Counted from the stretch's first letter, positions 29,836 to 38,815 are shown. The stretch: DNA of 64,000 nucleotides from Candidatus Rifleibacterium amylolyticum (GCA_009917695.1 JAACJG010000014.1:50959-114958), one strand, 5' to 3'. Notes: generated by a model from the letters alone, not told the origin. Translations and numbers: made by a program.

Positions 29836-31604
29836 CGAACACCACAAAGTCACAGAACCCGGTAGTATTCACCAACAAGGCAGAATGCCGCGACTGCTAC
29901 CGCTGTCTGCGCCACTGCCCGGTCAAGGCGATCCGCATGGATAACGGCCAGGCCAGCGTCGATCCTGAGCGCTGCATCGCCTGCGGCACCTGTATCAGAG
30001 AATGCCCGCAGGGCGCCAAGCAGTTCCGCAACGACATCGAAAAAGCGGTCAGACTGCTCGCTTCGCCGCGGCGCATTGCCGTCAGCATCGCCCCTTCGTT
30101 CGCCTCGTTTTACAGTGAGTGGCAGCGCCGACGTCTGCCATCTGCACTGCGTCGGCTCGGCTTTGCCTATATTGCCGAAACCGCTGCCGGCGCTTACCAT
30201 GTCGCTGCCGCCAGCCTGTTGAAAAAACATAAACATGCCGATTCAATCTGCACCGCCTGCCCGGCAGTTGTTGAGTTTATCGAGAAGTATGTTTCTGAGC
30301 GGGTAGACAATCTGCTGCCGGTCGCCTCACCGATGCTCACTCATGCTGCGATGATTCGCGAGCAGCTCGGCCCCAATGCCGGCGTTGTCTTTATCGGCCC
30401 CTGCATCGCCAAGAAAAGCGAAGCCGACAACAGCAGCGGAATGCAGAAAGTTGACTGCGCTCTGACCTTCAAAGAGCTGGACGAGTGGCTTGAACGCGAA
30501 GACATTCAGTTCGATCGTCTTGAAGACAGCCATTTCGATGAAGAACCAGGCGGCGAAGCGCGACTTTTCCCGTTACCCGGCGGTCTGACTCGAACTGCCC
30601 GCATCGGTTCCGACAGTCTTGCAGCTGATATCATCGCGGTCAGCGGCGTTGCTGAGATCCGCACTCTGCTCGCCAACCTCGGCAGACAGGGTTCGCATCT
30701 GTTCATCGAACCGCTTTTCTGCGCACAGGGCTGCGTCGGCGGACCGGGCGCCCCGAAAGAGCGCAATATTTTCGACAGTCGCCATAATCTTCTCGACTAT
30801 GCGATCAGAAACCCCGGCCAGACAGAGCCTGCCGCCAGACCCGAAGAAATCAGCGCAGCCAGCCATAATAGCGCGCAGATAGAGGCGATGCAGCGGGAAT
30901 TCAGCGAAGACGAAATCAGACGGGTTCTCAGCGCGACCGGCAAGAATTCAAAAAGTGACGAACTCGACTGCGGCGCCTGCGGTTATGACTCGTGCCGCGA
31001 AAAAGCGATTGCCGTACTGCGTGGGCTGGCCGAAACTGAAATGTGTATTCCCTATATGCGCCGGCTGGCTGAACAGCGCACCGACCGCATTATCGAAACA
31101 AGTCCGAACGGCATAGTAATGCTCGACGAACATCTCAACATCATCAATATGAATCCGGCTTTCAAAAAGATGTTTCTCTGTTCTGAAGCGGTTCTTGGCC
31201 GACACATTTCGTATCTGGTCGATCCCGAACCATTCGCAAAGGTCGTAACCGGTCGTCAGCAGTTGATTGAAGAAACGGTTAAATACAAGCGTTACAGTCT
31301 GGTCACGCATCAGATAATTTATCGACTCGAAGCTGAGAAGCAGCTGGTCGGCATTTTCGTCAACATCACCGGCAGCCGCCAGAGCATGGAAGAGCTGGCG
31401 CGGTTGCGTCACAGCACGGTTGAGCAGGCACGCGAGATGCTCGAACATCAGGTAAAAATGGCGCAGGAACTGGCGAAATATCTGGGTGAAAGCACGGCCC
31501 GCGGCGAAACTATCATCGAGAACCTGATCAAGTTGACGGCGGGCGATGACAAGGAAGAAAAACCCGGAAGGATAACTGAATGGGATATCTTCACGTCGAA
31601 ATAA
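29832..31604 (+). CDS. Sensory (group C) [FeFe]-hydrogenase with FeS and PAS domains (HfsB/HydS-like)
   Basis: CTACP, GPCIAKKSE, LFCAQGCVGG; DCGACGYDSC; IIETSPNGI PAS. Confidence 0.9.
   Translation: MTNTTKSQNPVVFTNKAECRDCYRCLRHCPVKAIRMDNGQASVDPERCIACGTCIRECPQGAKQFRNDIEKAVRLLASPRRIAVSIAPSFASFYSEWQRRRLPSALRRLGFAYIAETAAGAYHVAAASLLKKHKHADSICTACPAVVEFIEKYVSERVDNLLPVASPMLTHAAMIREQLGPNAGVVFIGPCIAKKSEADNSSGMQKVDCALTFKELDEWLEREDIQFDRLEDSHFDEEPGGEARLFPLPGGLTRTARIGSDSLAADIIAVSGVAEIRTLLANLGRQGSHLFIEPLFCAQGCVGGPGAPKERNIFDSRHNLLDYAIRNPGQTEPAARPEEISAASHNSAQIEAMQREFSEDEIRRVLSATGKNSKSDELDCGACGYDSCREKAIAVLRGLAETEMCIPYMRRLAEQRTDRIIETSPNGIVMLDEHLNIINMNPAFKKMFLCSEAVLGRHISYLVDPEPFAKVVTGRQQLIEETVKYKRYSLVTHQIIYRLEAEKQLVGIFVNITGSRQSMEELARLRHSTVEQAREMLEHQVKMAQELAKYLGESTARGETIIENLIKLTAGDDKEEKPGRITEWDIFTSK
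31327..31366 (+). repeat. 40-bp exact direct repeat, copy 1 (inside the hfsB-like gene)
   Basis: TCGAAGCTGAGAAGCAGCTGGTCGGCATTTTCGTCAACAT, identical to 40490-40529. Confidence 0.9.
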
Positions 31605-32728
31605 CCGCAGCCAGCAGTTCGAAACGGGCTGGTGACGCATGCGGCGATGCCTTCAGTTCGTTCCGCACCACCGGCGCGACGGTGCTCATTCTCGCCGACG
31701 GCATCGGCTCTGGCATCAAAGCCAACATCTACGCCACCATGGCGATTTCCCGCCTCGAAAAGCTGCTCAACGACGGCTTTTCGTTACGGCGCGCCTTCAC
31801 TTCGCTTGTCACAACAATGCATGAAGCGCGCGGCACCGACATGCCCTACGCGGTTTTCACCGTCGCCAGAGTGCTCAACAATGGCGAGACGACGGTTCTT
31901 TCATATGAAATGCCCGAAGCGATATTCGTCGGCCGCCATGCTGCGAGCGTTTTGAAAAGGCGCAACACGACTCTCGGCAGCGAGGTTGTCAGCGAATCGA
32001 ATCTTTATCTTGAAGCCGGCGAGGGGCTGCTGCTGTTTTCGGACGGCATCACGCTGGCGGGAATTGGCGGCAGAACGCGCACCGGCTGGAGCAGTGACGA
32101 GGTCTGCCGTTACGTCAACGACCAGCTGGTCACCGGCGCCGAGAAGCGGCTGCTGGCCGAGTCTGTTCATCGTCAGGCCCGTGATCTGTGGGGAAAGAAA
32201 GTCGGCGACGACTGCACCGTGCTCGGCGCCCTGTGCCGCCCCGGCAAGGTCGCCAGCATATTCAGCGGCCCGCCCGCCGACAAAGAGCACGACAGTCGCG
32301 TTGTCGATGAGTTTCTGGCTCTGCCCGGAATCAAAATCGTCTGCGGCGCGACGACCGCCCAGATCGTGGCGCGCCGCCTCAGTCGCCGCCTGCAGATCAA
32401 CCCGGCCGACAGCAGCCTGATCGCCCCACCCGGCTACAGCCTCGAAGGCATCGACCTGGTGACCGAGGGCGCGGTAACGCTCAACCAGCTTTTCAACATT
32501 CTCGACGCCGACCCCGACCATTTCGAACCTGACTCGTCGGTCACCCGCCTCTACGATGCCATCATCAGCGCCGACCGCATCAATTTCATCGTCGGCGGCA
32601 GCAACAACCATGGCCACGCCGACATCGCCTTCAAGCAGCAGGGTATCATGCCGCGCCGCAAGGCAATCGAACTCCTCGCCCAGAAGCTCCGCTCAGAAGG
32701 CCGCCTCGTCGACATCAAACAGGTCTGA
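31580..32728 (+). CDS. SpoIIE/PP2C-family Ser/Thr phosphatase (HfsC-like)
   Basis: CGD, LADGIGSGIKANI, FSDGIT, GDDCT, VCGATT, IDLVTEG. Confidence 0.92.
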   Translation: MGYLHVEITAASSSKRAGDACGDAFSSFRTTGATVLILADGIGSGIKANIYATMAISRLEKLLNDGFSLRRAFTSLVTTMHEARGTDMPYAVFTVARVLNNGETTVLSYEMPEAIFVGRHAASVLKRRNTTLGSEVVSESNLYLEAGEGLLLFSDGITLAGIGGRTRTGWSSDEVCRYVNDQLVTGAEKRLLAESVHRQARDLWGKKVGDDCTVLGALCRPGKVASIFSGPPADKEHDSRVVDEFLALPGIKIVCGATTAQIVARRLSRRLQINPADSSLIAPPGYSLEGIDLVTEGAVTLNQLFNILDADPDHFEPDSSVTRLYDAIISADRINFIVGGSNNHGHADIAFKQQGIMPRRKAIELLAQKLRSEGRLVDIKQV

Positions 32729-32999
32729 CCTTCATCGCCGGCCTGCGCTTTTTTCAGGCCAGTAGCGCCAAATGGCTGATAAATCGCTGTTTTCGGCAGT
32801 TTAATTAGGGAAATGCCGGGTGGGCGAAGCATGGAACTGTTTCACGTGGCCAGGGGCCACTGGCGGCAAGATTGGCTGGTTTTCAGGGCGACAAAATGAG
32901 CTGAAACGGCTCACAAAGTCACATACTGGCCGAAATTTCACGCTATCTGCCTCCTAAGCTCATCAGTGCTTCCAAAGATGAGGAATGGGCTGAAATAAC

Positions 33000-33260
33000 C
33001 TACCTCATCTTTATACACACGCTGAGGCTGTGGAAAATGTGGGATTTATCAATTTCCCAGAGAAGATGTTTTATTGCAATCACATCTGCTACTGAACTCA
33101 TGGGAAGACCTAAGCTTGGCCAACAACCAGTGGCTATTTCATCACCAACTCGTATACTCATAAATGGGTTTGAACCGTGAAGAGAAATCATAGGATCACT
33201 GTCGAAAGAATCAACATAAACTTCAACGCGATACTTTACAGGGAGATGATTTGTGGTCAT
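33000..33260 (-). CDS. Small hypothetical protein downstream of the TIR operon
   Basis: 86-aa ORF, GGAG RBS before ATG 33260, low GC. Confidence 0.6.
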   Translation of the reverse strand: MTTNHLPVKYRVEVYVDSFDSDPMISLHGSNPFMSIRVGDEIATGCWPSLGLPMSSVADVIAIKHLLWEIDKSHIFHSLSVCIKMR

Positions 33261-33383
33261 AACTTTGCTCCAAAAGGTAAAATAGGTGCGATCTAATACC
33301 TTATAACACAAACCTCGTCTTGAAAAAATTTCTCTTAGTACTTACGTAGTTAACTTGCCGGTACCTTGATAGGAAATGCAGTC

Positions 33384-34151
33384 TTAACGTTTGTAAATTT
33401 CATATAAACAATCAAGCGGATGTTTCTTCTTAGCGGTCATAAATCGACGATGCCAGTTAAACAAAGTTTCCTTGCCTATTTCTTTCATTTCTTGCAAATT
33501 AACGTCATATTCAATATTCAGACCGGCTCTATAACCTTCGCTTTCTAAAATCTTGGCTAGTTTTGCTACAGATTTATCCCTGTGCTCAATTGGTGCTTTA
33601 TAACGGATAACTTCAGAAATTGCAATTTCCGAATAAAGCCATGGTGATTTTGTTTTGGTGACAGCGTTCTCAGATGATATTGAGTTTGGTGTATTGAGAA
33701 AACACACACATTCTGTTTGATCAATCAGCTTTGTTAGTGCAGCAATAAGCATCATATGGACATGGCTGGTAGAGCCATTTCTTTTCTGGTAGCAGTATGT
33801 TTCGCTGCCAGGTATGACACAATATTTGTCGTCTATTTGTTTAAGCAAGTCATCGGCGTAGCCCCACACGCAAGAATCCACAAAAAGATTAAGATCAAAT
33901 TTTTGCTTTAACCAGCCGGCCAGGCTTATGGCAAGATCTTTGTCAGCATGAGAGTGTGATAAAAATATGTCTGCATCTACCTGAGGAAACCAGTGCTGCT
34001 GTAAACGGCTACCATCCAAGCGATCTTCCTTTATTAAAAAGGTTTCCAATGATTGTTTAATCATTGTGGAAGTCTGGTTGTAAAGCCTTAAGCCGACATC
34101 ATAATAGGAACCAAAATCGTTCCCCAGCGTTAATTTGAATCTACTAAACAT
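33384..34151 (-). CDS. TIR-domain protein
   Basis: DIFLSHSHADKDLA...FVDS.VWG...SPWLYSEI with putative catalytic Glu; GAGGTG RBS. Confidence 0.85.
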   Translation of the reverse strand: MFSRFKLTLGNDFGSYYDVGLRLYNQTSTMIKQSLETFLIKEDRLDGSRLQQHWFPQVDADIFLSHSHADKDLAISLAGWLKQKFDLNLFVDSCVWGYADDLLKQIDDKYCVIPGSETYCYQKRNGSTSHVHMMLIAALTKLIDQTECVCFLNTPNSISSENAVTKTKSPWLYSEIAISEVIRYKAPIEHRDKSVAKLAKILESEGYRAGLNIEYDVNLQEMKEIGKETLFNWHRRFMTAKKKHPLDCLYEIYKR

Positions 34152-34193
34152 TGAACACCTCACTAAAAAACATAGGAAATATGCGAAGCGGCG

Positions 34194-34784
34194 TTAAAGA
34201 CTGGATAACCACAGTAGAATTTCTTTGAACGGAATTACATATAGCAAAATAAAAACATAAGTAATGAGAAAGAAAATAGCTATTCTGCGTTCCAAATTTG
34301 TTACAGGATGGTAGATTACAGGGTTTTCACCTTTAGCTAAAGCAAACCACTCTGCAGTAAAGAGAGCCAGCGGCAAATGAGTTTCAATCTGTTCAATAAC
34401 TTTGAATTTACCGCAGTTTAACTGCTTATAAGAGTCGATGACACGAGCCCAATAATAACAAATCGCAATGCCAAAAATTGGGAGTATATACGCCATAAAA
34501 CGCAAAGAAATATCTGCGTCCTTGCCATATAAATAGCCTAAAATAGTGAATAACCCGGCGTTAAGAGTTAGGAAAAATGAATTTGCTGATTGTCTTTTTT
34601 CATAAACCTTTTCGGTAGAATCTACCAATAGCTTGTATTGCTCGAGAACGATGGTTATTTCTTCCTTATTGGCAGTAGAACTGTTTTTTTTATTAAAAAG
34701 CTTTGTAGCAAGTAATTCTACTTGAGAACTATCTTGAGCTGGTAAAGGGGCTTTGGCTGCAGGTGCCTGTAACGAATCAGTCAT
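34194..34784 (-). CDS. Small 3-TM membrane protein, putative oligomeric pore effector
   Basis: LEQYKL...R..ANSFFLTLN, W...I.SYKQLN.GKF.VI..IE..LP...F..EW; three hydrophobic helices; resembles the RipA-type membrane family (recalled, not searched). Confidence 0.7.
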   Translation of the reverse strand: MTDSLQAPAAKAPLPAQDSSQVELLATKLFNKKNSSTANKEEITIVLEQYKLLVDSTEKVYEKRQSANSFFLTLNAGLFTILGYLYGKDADISLRFMAYILPIFGIAICYYWARVIDSYKQLNCGKFKVIEQIETHLPLALFTAEWFALAKGENPVIYHPVTNLERRIAIFFLITYVFILLYVIPFKEILLWLSSL

Positions 34785-34791
34785 AATGGCC

Positions 34792-35208
34792 TCACTTGCA
34801 AAGAGATCTGATACCATCAACAATAGATGAAGCGTTCCAGTGAACTATTTCATCAGCATTGTTCTGAACTACGGTCGAAACTTGTTGATTACCCCAAGGA
34901 ACAACAGCCAAAATAGGCTTTGCAACCAGAAATTCATTTTTGGCAATTTTTATCTCATTGTTTATCCAGGTGCTAAACGTTGCATATTTCCCGGCCATAA
35001 TCACAACAACGTGAACCGCTGCCATCTGCCTGTAAATTGAATCATATAAGGCTTTTGAACTGGGAGCGTTATGGATGGGATCATGCTTTGGGACAGAAAA
35101 ATCCTTGTATGAAAAATAGGGATAACCATCTAGAAGACTGATTAGGCGATTATAGTCGTCACTATATGACCAGGAATGACTGATAAACAGATTGTATGGC
35201 GATGGCAT
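34792..35208 (-). CDS. MTH538/DUF1863 TIR-like protein (ThsB-like)
   Basis: YNLFISHSW, SVPKHDPIH, STWINNEI.IA, KPILAV.PWG; GGAGG RBS. Confidence 0.88.
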   Translation of the reverse strand: MPSPYNLFISHSWSYSDDYNRLISLLDGYPYFSYKDFSVPKHDPIHNAPSSKALYDSIYRQMAAVHVVVIMAGKYATFSTWINNEIKIAKNEFLVAKPILAVVPWGNQQVSTVVQNNADEIVHWNASSIVDGIRSLCK

Positions 35209-35294
35209 AGATCCTCCGGTTGATTAATTGTAGTGAAGTCACGTTTATATTTTAAAGATTTTGACATTTTTCAATGCCTCCTGTAAAATATAAG

Positions 35295-35323
35295 TTGACA
35301 GGTGTCGATATATAGGTTAACAT
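35295..35323 (+). promoter_or_regulatory. sigma70 promoter of the TAC operon
   Basis: TTGACA-17 bp-TAACAT; GTTGACA is mirrored by TGTCAAC at 35337-43. Confidence 0.6.
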
Positions 35324-35388
35324 TCTTTCTTTTGTATGTCAACCCCCGGTGGAGGTTACAGTATTCATGCGCTTTATAAGGATTACAT

Positions 35389-35775
35389 ATGCCGATAAAG
35401 AGTATTCAACGAGGGTCATCTTTTGAAATCTGTTGTTGGAAGGAAGTCGGAGGAGAATGCCCGCTTGAAGATTTTTTTAAAGAGCTAAAAGACACTGGAC
35501 ACCAGGACTTGGATCAGATGTTGCGTCTGATTCATAGATCAGCAGAGCTGGAGCCGCCGCGCAACATTGAAATGTCGAGAGCCCTGGAGGGAAAGAATGC
35601 CGAAGGATTGTGGGAATTCAAGGCCGGAGCAATCAGGGTTATGTGGTTTTACGAACGCAACAAGATTATTATCTGCACCCACAGTTTTTTGAAAAAAGGG
35701 CGCAAGACTCCCGCGCCAGAGATAGAAAGAGCCCAAAACACGAGGAGTAAATACTATGCCGAACAAAAACGTTAA
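35389..35775 (+). CDS. HigB/RelE-like (Gp49-type) toxin
   Basis: GLWEFK...IRVMWF...IIICTHSFLKKGRKTP..EIERA. Confidence 0.9.
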   Translation: MPIKSIQRGSSFEICCWKEVGGECPLEDFFKELKDTGHQDLDQMLRLIHRSAELEPPRNIEMSRALEGKNAEGLWEFKAGAIRVMWFYERNKIIICTHSFLKKGRKTPAPEIERAQNTRSKYYAEQKR

Positions 35776-36181
35776 GGGAATCGAGACCAGCAACTTCTTT
35801 GCGACAATGTTTGCAGAAGCAGAAAGCCGCGACGAGTTTCATGTCGCAGGTGTGAAAATCGAGATTGCCGAACAAATTTACCGGATGATGGAAAAACGAA
35901 ACATAACTCAGTCAGATCTTGCTCGAAAACTTGGAAAGAATCGAGCTTACATTTCCAAGATTCTCAAAGGGACAACCAACTTCACGGTAGAAACTCTTGT
36001 GCTGATAGGTAGAAAACTTGATGCTGAATGGGACTTCCAGCTAACTGACGCCGAGAAACCGGAAAAAAGAGTCTTTTACATGGAATACGGAAGTATCAAA
36101 CCGCCAACAAACAGGGTTTTGGCGGCGAATGACTTTTGCGACGAGATTGGTTGGGAACCAACCGTCAAATGGGGGCAATAA
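35756..36181 (+). CDS. HigA-like XRE-HTH antitoxin with C-terminal extension
   Basis: ITQSDLARKLGKNRAYISKILKGTTNFTVETL plus about 45-aa tail. Confidence 0.88.
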   Translation: MPNKNVKGIETSNFFATMFAEAESRDEFHVAGVKIEIAEQIYRMMEKRNITQSDLARKLGKNRAYISKILKGTTNFTVETLVLIGRKLDAEWDFQLTDAEKPEKRVFYMEYGSIKPPTNRVLAANDFCDEIGWEPTVKWGQ

Positions 36182-36184
36182 CAA

Positions 36185-36655
36185 ATGACTCTATCACCTT
36201 TGCAACTCCACCGCTATTTTGCTGAAGAGATATTCTGCAAAGCCAATCCCGACTTTGATAAAGATAAAGAAGTTAAAATAAAAGACTTTCAGGTGTTTTT
36301 TGAAACTGGCGAAGATAAAAACCCGCTTTTGCGCAGGATCAGACTGACTGTTGAACAAACCCTAAGCAAAGACGGCAACGAACCATTTGCTTTCAAGATT
36401 GTTATGGTCGGATTCTTTGAAGTTATGAAAGAATTTTTCGAAAGCCAAGGATCAGAAAAAACAGAACAGCTTGTTAATGTTAACGGTCCGGCTCTGCTGT
36501 ATTCCGCTGCCCGAGAACTATTGGCACTTGTTTCCGGTCGTGGGCCATATGCCGATGATAGCCTGAATGTTTTGCTGCCTTCTATTACTTTTTTGAATTT
36601 CAAGCCAATGAAACCGGTAAAAGAACCTAAACAGGCAAAGACTAAAAAGAAGTAG
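36185..36655 (+). CDS. SecB-like chaperone
   Basis: SPLQL..YF, F.I.MVGFFEV, VNGPALLYSAARE, LLPSITF. Confidence 0.85.
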   Translation: MTLSPLQLHRYFAEEIFCKANPDFDKDKEVKIKDFQVFFETGEDKNPLLRRIRLTVEQTLSKDGNEPFAFKIVMVGFFEVMKEFFESQGSEKTEQLVNVNGPALLYSAARELLALVSGRGPYADDSLNVLLPSITFLNFKPMKPVKEPKQAKTKKK

Positions 36656-36664
36656 CTGTTTTGA

Positions 36665-37190
36665 TTAGAACTTGTTTGGAATGCGTTCGGAGCCGAATTT
36701 TACGGCTTCGAATTGGATGTTGTTGGCATAGCCTTTGAAGGCGATCTGGCGAACGAAGGCCGTGAACAGTTCTTTGTCCTGGCATTTGTCGGTCCAGTAG
36801 GTTGATTTTGAGAAGTAGATGTGTTTATCAGGATTCTTCTTTTCAAGACTGAACTTGTCGTCGTTGGCGGCTTTCCAAAATTTACGGCGGGCGGCGAGAA
36901 TGGCGTTGATATCGTCAGCATCGTTATAAAGGCCTGACATGGTATGCTTTTCTTCATATTTGAAGATTATGTATTCGTTCTCGGCATGGGCCATGAAAAA
37001 CACAACTTCGCAATAGAGAGTGTTACCGACATTTACGGTTATTACATCGGGCTTGTCGGGATCTATCGGGATGATATCGCCTTCGTTCGGTGGCTCTTTG
37101 AAGCGTTCACCAGGAATGTAGATTTCTTTGAAAGTATCGGGCTCGTCTTCGGCGGCGTCGGGGTGACGGATCAGGGCGATAGCATTAGTT
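36665..37190 (-). pseudogene. Start-less 3' fragment (about 170 codons) of an unknown gene
   Basis: Open frame AIALIRHPD...FGSERIPNKF* preceded by an in-frame stop; last 109 bp repeated at 38590-38698. Confidence 0.65.
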
Positions 37191-37205
37191 CATTTGCAGA
37201 TAATG

Positions 37206-37724
37206 TCACTGGTTAACGCCCAATCTTTGTTTCAATTCTTTGACGGCCAGGTTGCGTTCTCTGGCGCGGCCACCTCTGACAGCATCGACCAATGCCAGCA
37301 ATTCATAAAGACATTGATCTGATTCGGCGGCGCGGGGAACTGATTCATACAGCGGCAGAAACGACTGGCCCCAGGTGTTGCCCTTTGCATAAGGCCAGAC
37401 GGGCGGAATTTCCTGATTATCGGCCAGAACATCTTTTAACGGGCCAAATGAATGCGCAGTCGGGAGGCCGCGCGTCATTTCGCCGCGTTCAGCGGGGAAA
37501 ACATAGCGCAGGCCATGTATAATAAACTCTGACAAGGCATTAACATTCGGTTCGCGAGTTTGCGGATGGATAAGCTGCGATTTTACGGCTCTTTTAAAGC
37601 CGGCGTGGACTTCGGAAGAGCTCATGCATAGCTCTTTGGCAAGAGATGCGAAGTTCCAGGGCGAGTTGGCCGCAGTTTTTGCGACCAGCTTCAGGAGTAT
37701 TACGATATCTTGTGGTTTCAGCAT
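37206..37724 (-). CDS. HTH protein resembling the antitoxin of nucleotidyltransferase-toxin (type IV/AbiE-like) modules; partner gene truncated
   Basis: LKPQDIVILLKL, SSSEVH, EFIIHGLRYVFP, RGLPTA, PPVWP, PLY.SVP.AA, LALVDAVRGGRARER. Confidence 0.75.
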   Translation of the reverse strand: MLKPQDIVILLKLVAKTAANSPWNFASLAKELCMSSSEVHAGFKRAVKSQLIHPQTREPNVNALSEFIIHGLRYVFPAERGEMTRGLPTAHSFGPLKDVLADNQEIPPVWPYAKGNTWGQSFLPLYESVPRAAESDQCLYELLALVDAVRGGRARERNLAVKELKQRLGVNQ

Positions 37725-37730
37725 AATAAT

Positions 37731-37759
37731 ATTATATTCGCTATTCGCGAATAGCGCAA
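37731..37759 (-). promoter_or_regulatory. Promoter with palindromic operator, probably leaderless
   Basis: TTGCGC-17 bp-TATAAT-6 bp-ATG; palindrome CGCTATTCGCGAATAGCG overlaps the spacer. Confidence 0.7.
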
Positions 37760-37917
37760 ACCATTTTATAAAAACAGTTTCAGTGATGACTAAGTTCTTG
37801 CAGCTTTTTCTTGGGAGCCCCCTTCAGGGGGCGGCGGGCAGGAAGCGCCAGAGAGGGGCCCTACTGGCGCGGTTTTTGCAGCCTCTAAAAAAGATCGAGC
37901 TGGAATACAGCAACTCT

Positions 37918-37946
37918 TTGACAATTATACATCATGACGCTATAAT
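37918..37946 (+). promoter_or_regulatory. Consensus sigma70 promoter of TA operon
   Basis: TTGACA-17 bp-TATAAT with ATACAT/ATGTAT inverted repeat. Confidence 0.8.
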
Positions 37947-37963
37947 GTATGTAGAGGTGACTT

Positions 37964-38233
37964 ATGAAAAGAACACAAATCTATCTGGAAGCGGAACAGC
38001 AGGATTTTCTGGAAAACATGGCCTTTGTCATCGGGAAAAAGAATCGCAAAAAGGTTTCTATTTCTGAATTAATAAGGTCGGCAATAGAATTATTGCGCGA
38101 AAAATATGATTCCAAGCAGCTTGAGGATGAAACAGAACTGATTCTTAAAAGCGAACATCTGATGGCTGGCATTAAAAAAGCCAGAAATGAAAAGAAGCTG
38201 CTTTCTCACGAAGAAGTGTTTGGTAAAAAATGA
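37964..38233 (+). CDS. RHH-type antitoxin
   Basis: MKRTQIYL...SISELIRSAI; ATGA overlap with the toxin. Confidence 0.85.
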   Translation: MKRTQIYLEAEQQDFLENMAFVIGKKNRKKVSISELIRSAIELLREKYDSKQLEDETELILKSEHLMAGIKKARNEKKLLSHEEVFGKK

Positions 38234-38577
38234 CATTCACCCCGCATTATAAGCCACAGTTCTTCAAAGATGTTAAAACTTACGCTTCGATGAAAAGCCA
38301 GATAGAAAAGAAGGTTAACAGCATTCTGGCAGATCCTTACCACAACACAGAACCGCTGGGAAGCCAAAAAGGTCATGATTTAAGGGGTTTGCGCAGCAAG
38401 CGCGTTGATAAAAACTTCCGTATTATTTTTGCAATCTGTGAGGAATGCAAAGAACTTTTCCCAGAGAAAGATCAGCCCTGTCGCTATTGTGATCCTAATT
38501 TGCCGGCCAAATCAGTCATATTTTTTACAGCCAGGCCACATAAAGTCGTATACAAAGAGAAAAAACCACTTGAATAA
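38230..38577 (+). CDS. RelE/ParE-family toxin with CxxC...CxxC insert
   Basis: FFKDVK, DPY, DLRGLRSKRV..NFRIIF; CEEC-x10-CRYC. Confidence 0.8.
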   Translation: MTFTPHYKPQFFKDVKTYASMKSQIEKKVNSILADPYHNTEPLGSQKGHDLRGLRSKRVDKNFRIIFAICEECKELFPEKDQPCRYCDPNLPAKSVIFFTARPHKVVYKEKKPLE

Positions 38578-38589
38578 CGGCTTCGATGA

Positions 38590-38698
38590 TCAAAACTTGT
38601 TCGGGATGCGTTCGGAGCCGAATTTTATGGCTTCGAACTGGATGTTGTTGGCGTAGCCTTTGAAGGCGATTTGGCGGACGAAGGCTGTGAACAGTTCT
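38590..38698 (-). repeat. Second copy of the orphan gene 3' end
   Basis: ELFTAFVRQIAFKGYANNIQFEAIKFGSERIPNKF*, about 90% nt identity to 36665-36773. Confidence 0.85.
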
Positions 38699-38777
38699 GT
38701 TTGCCACTGAAAAGGTAATAGTTCGCCTGCTTTTTTCTTGTCTAGAGAACAGTTTAGCCTGAAAATAATGTCAGGAC

Positions 38778-38815
38778 GGTATTTATTCGTTATTCGCGAA
38801 TAGCGAATAAATACC
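38778..38815. promoter_or_regulatory. 38-bp near-perfect palindrome with the same core as the 37739-56 operator
   Basis: GGTATTTATTCGTTATTCGCGAATAGCGAATAAATACC. Confidence 0.7.

Noticed and set aside
22449-32617. Long antisense ORFs over rex and the hydrogenase genes (e.g. 24483-25313, 28408-29253, 31901-32617)
   Set aside because: Shadow frames of high-GC3 genes with no recognisable motifs
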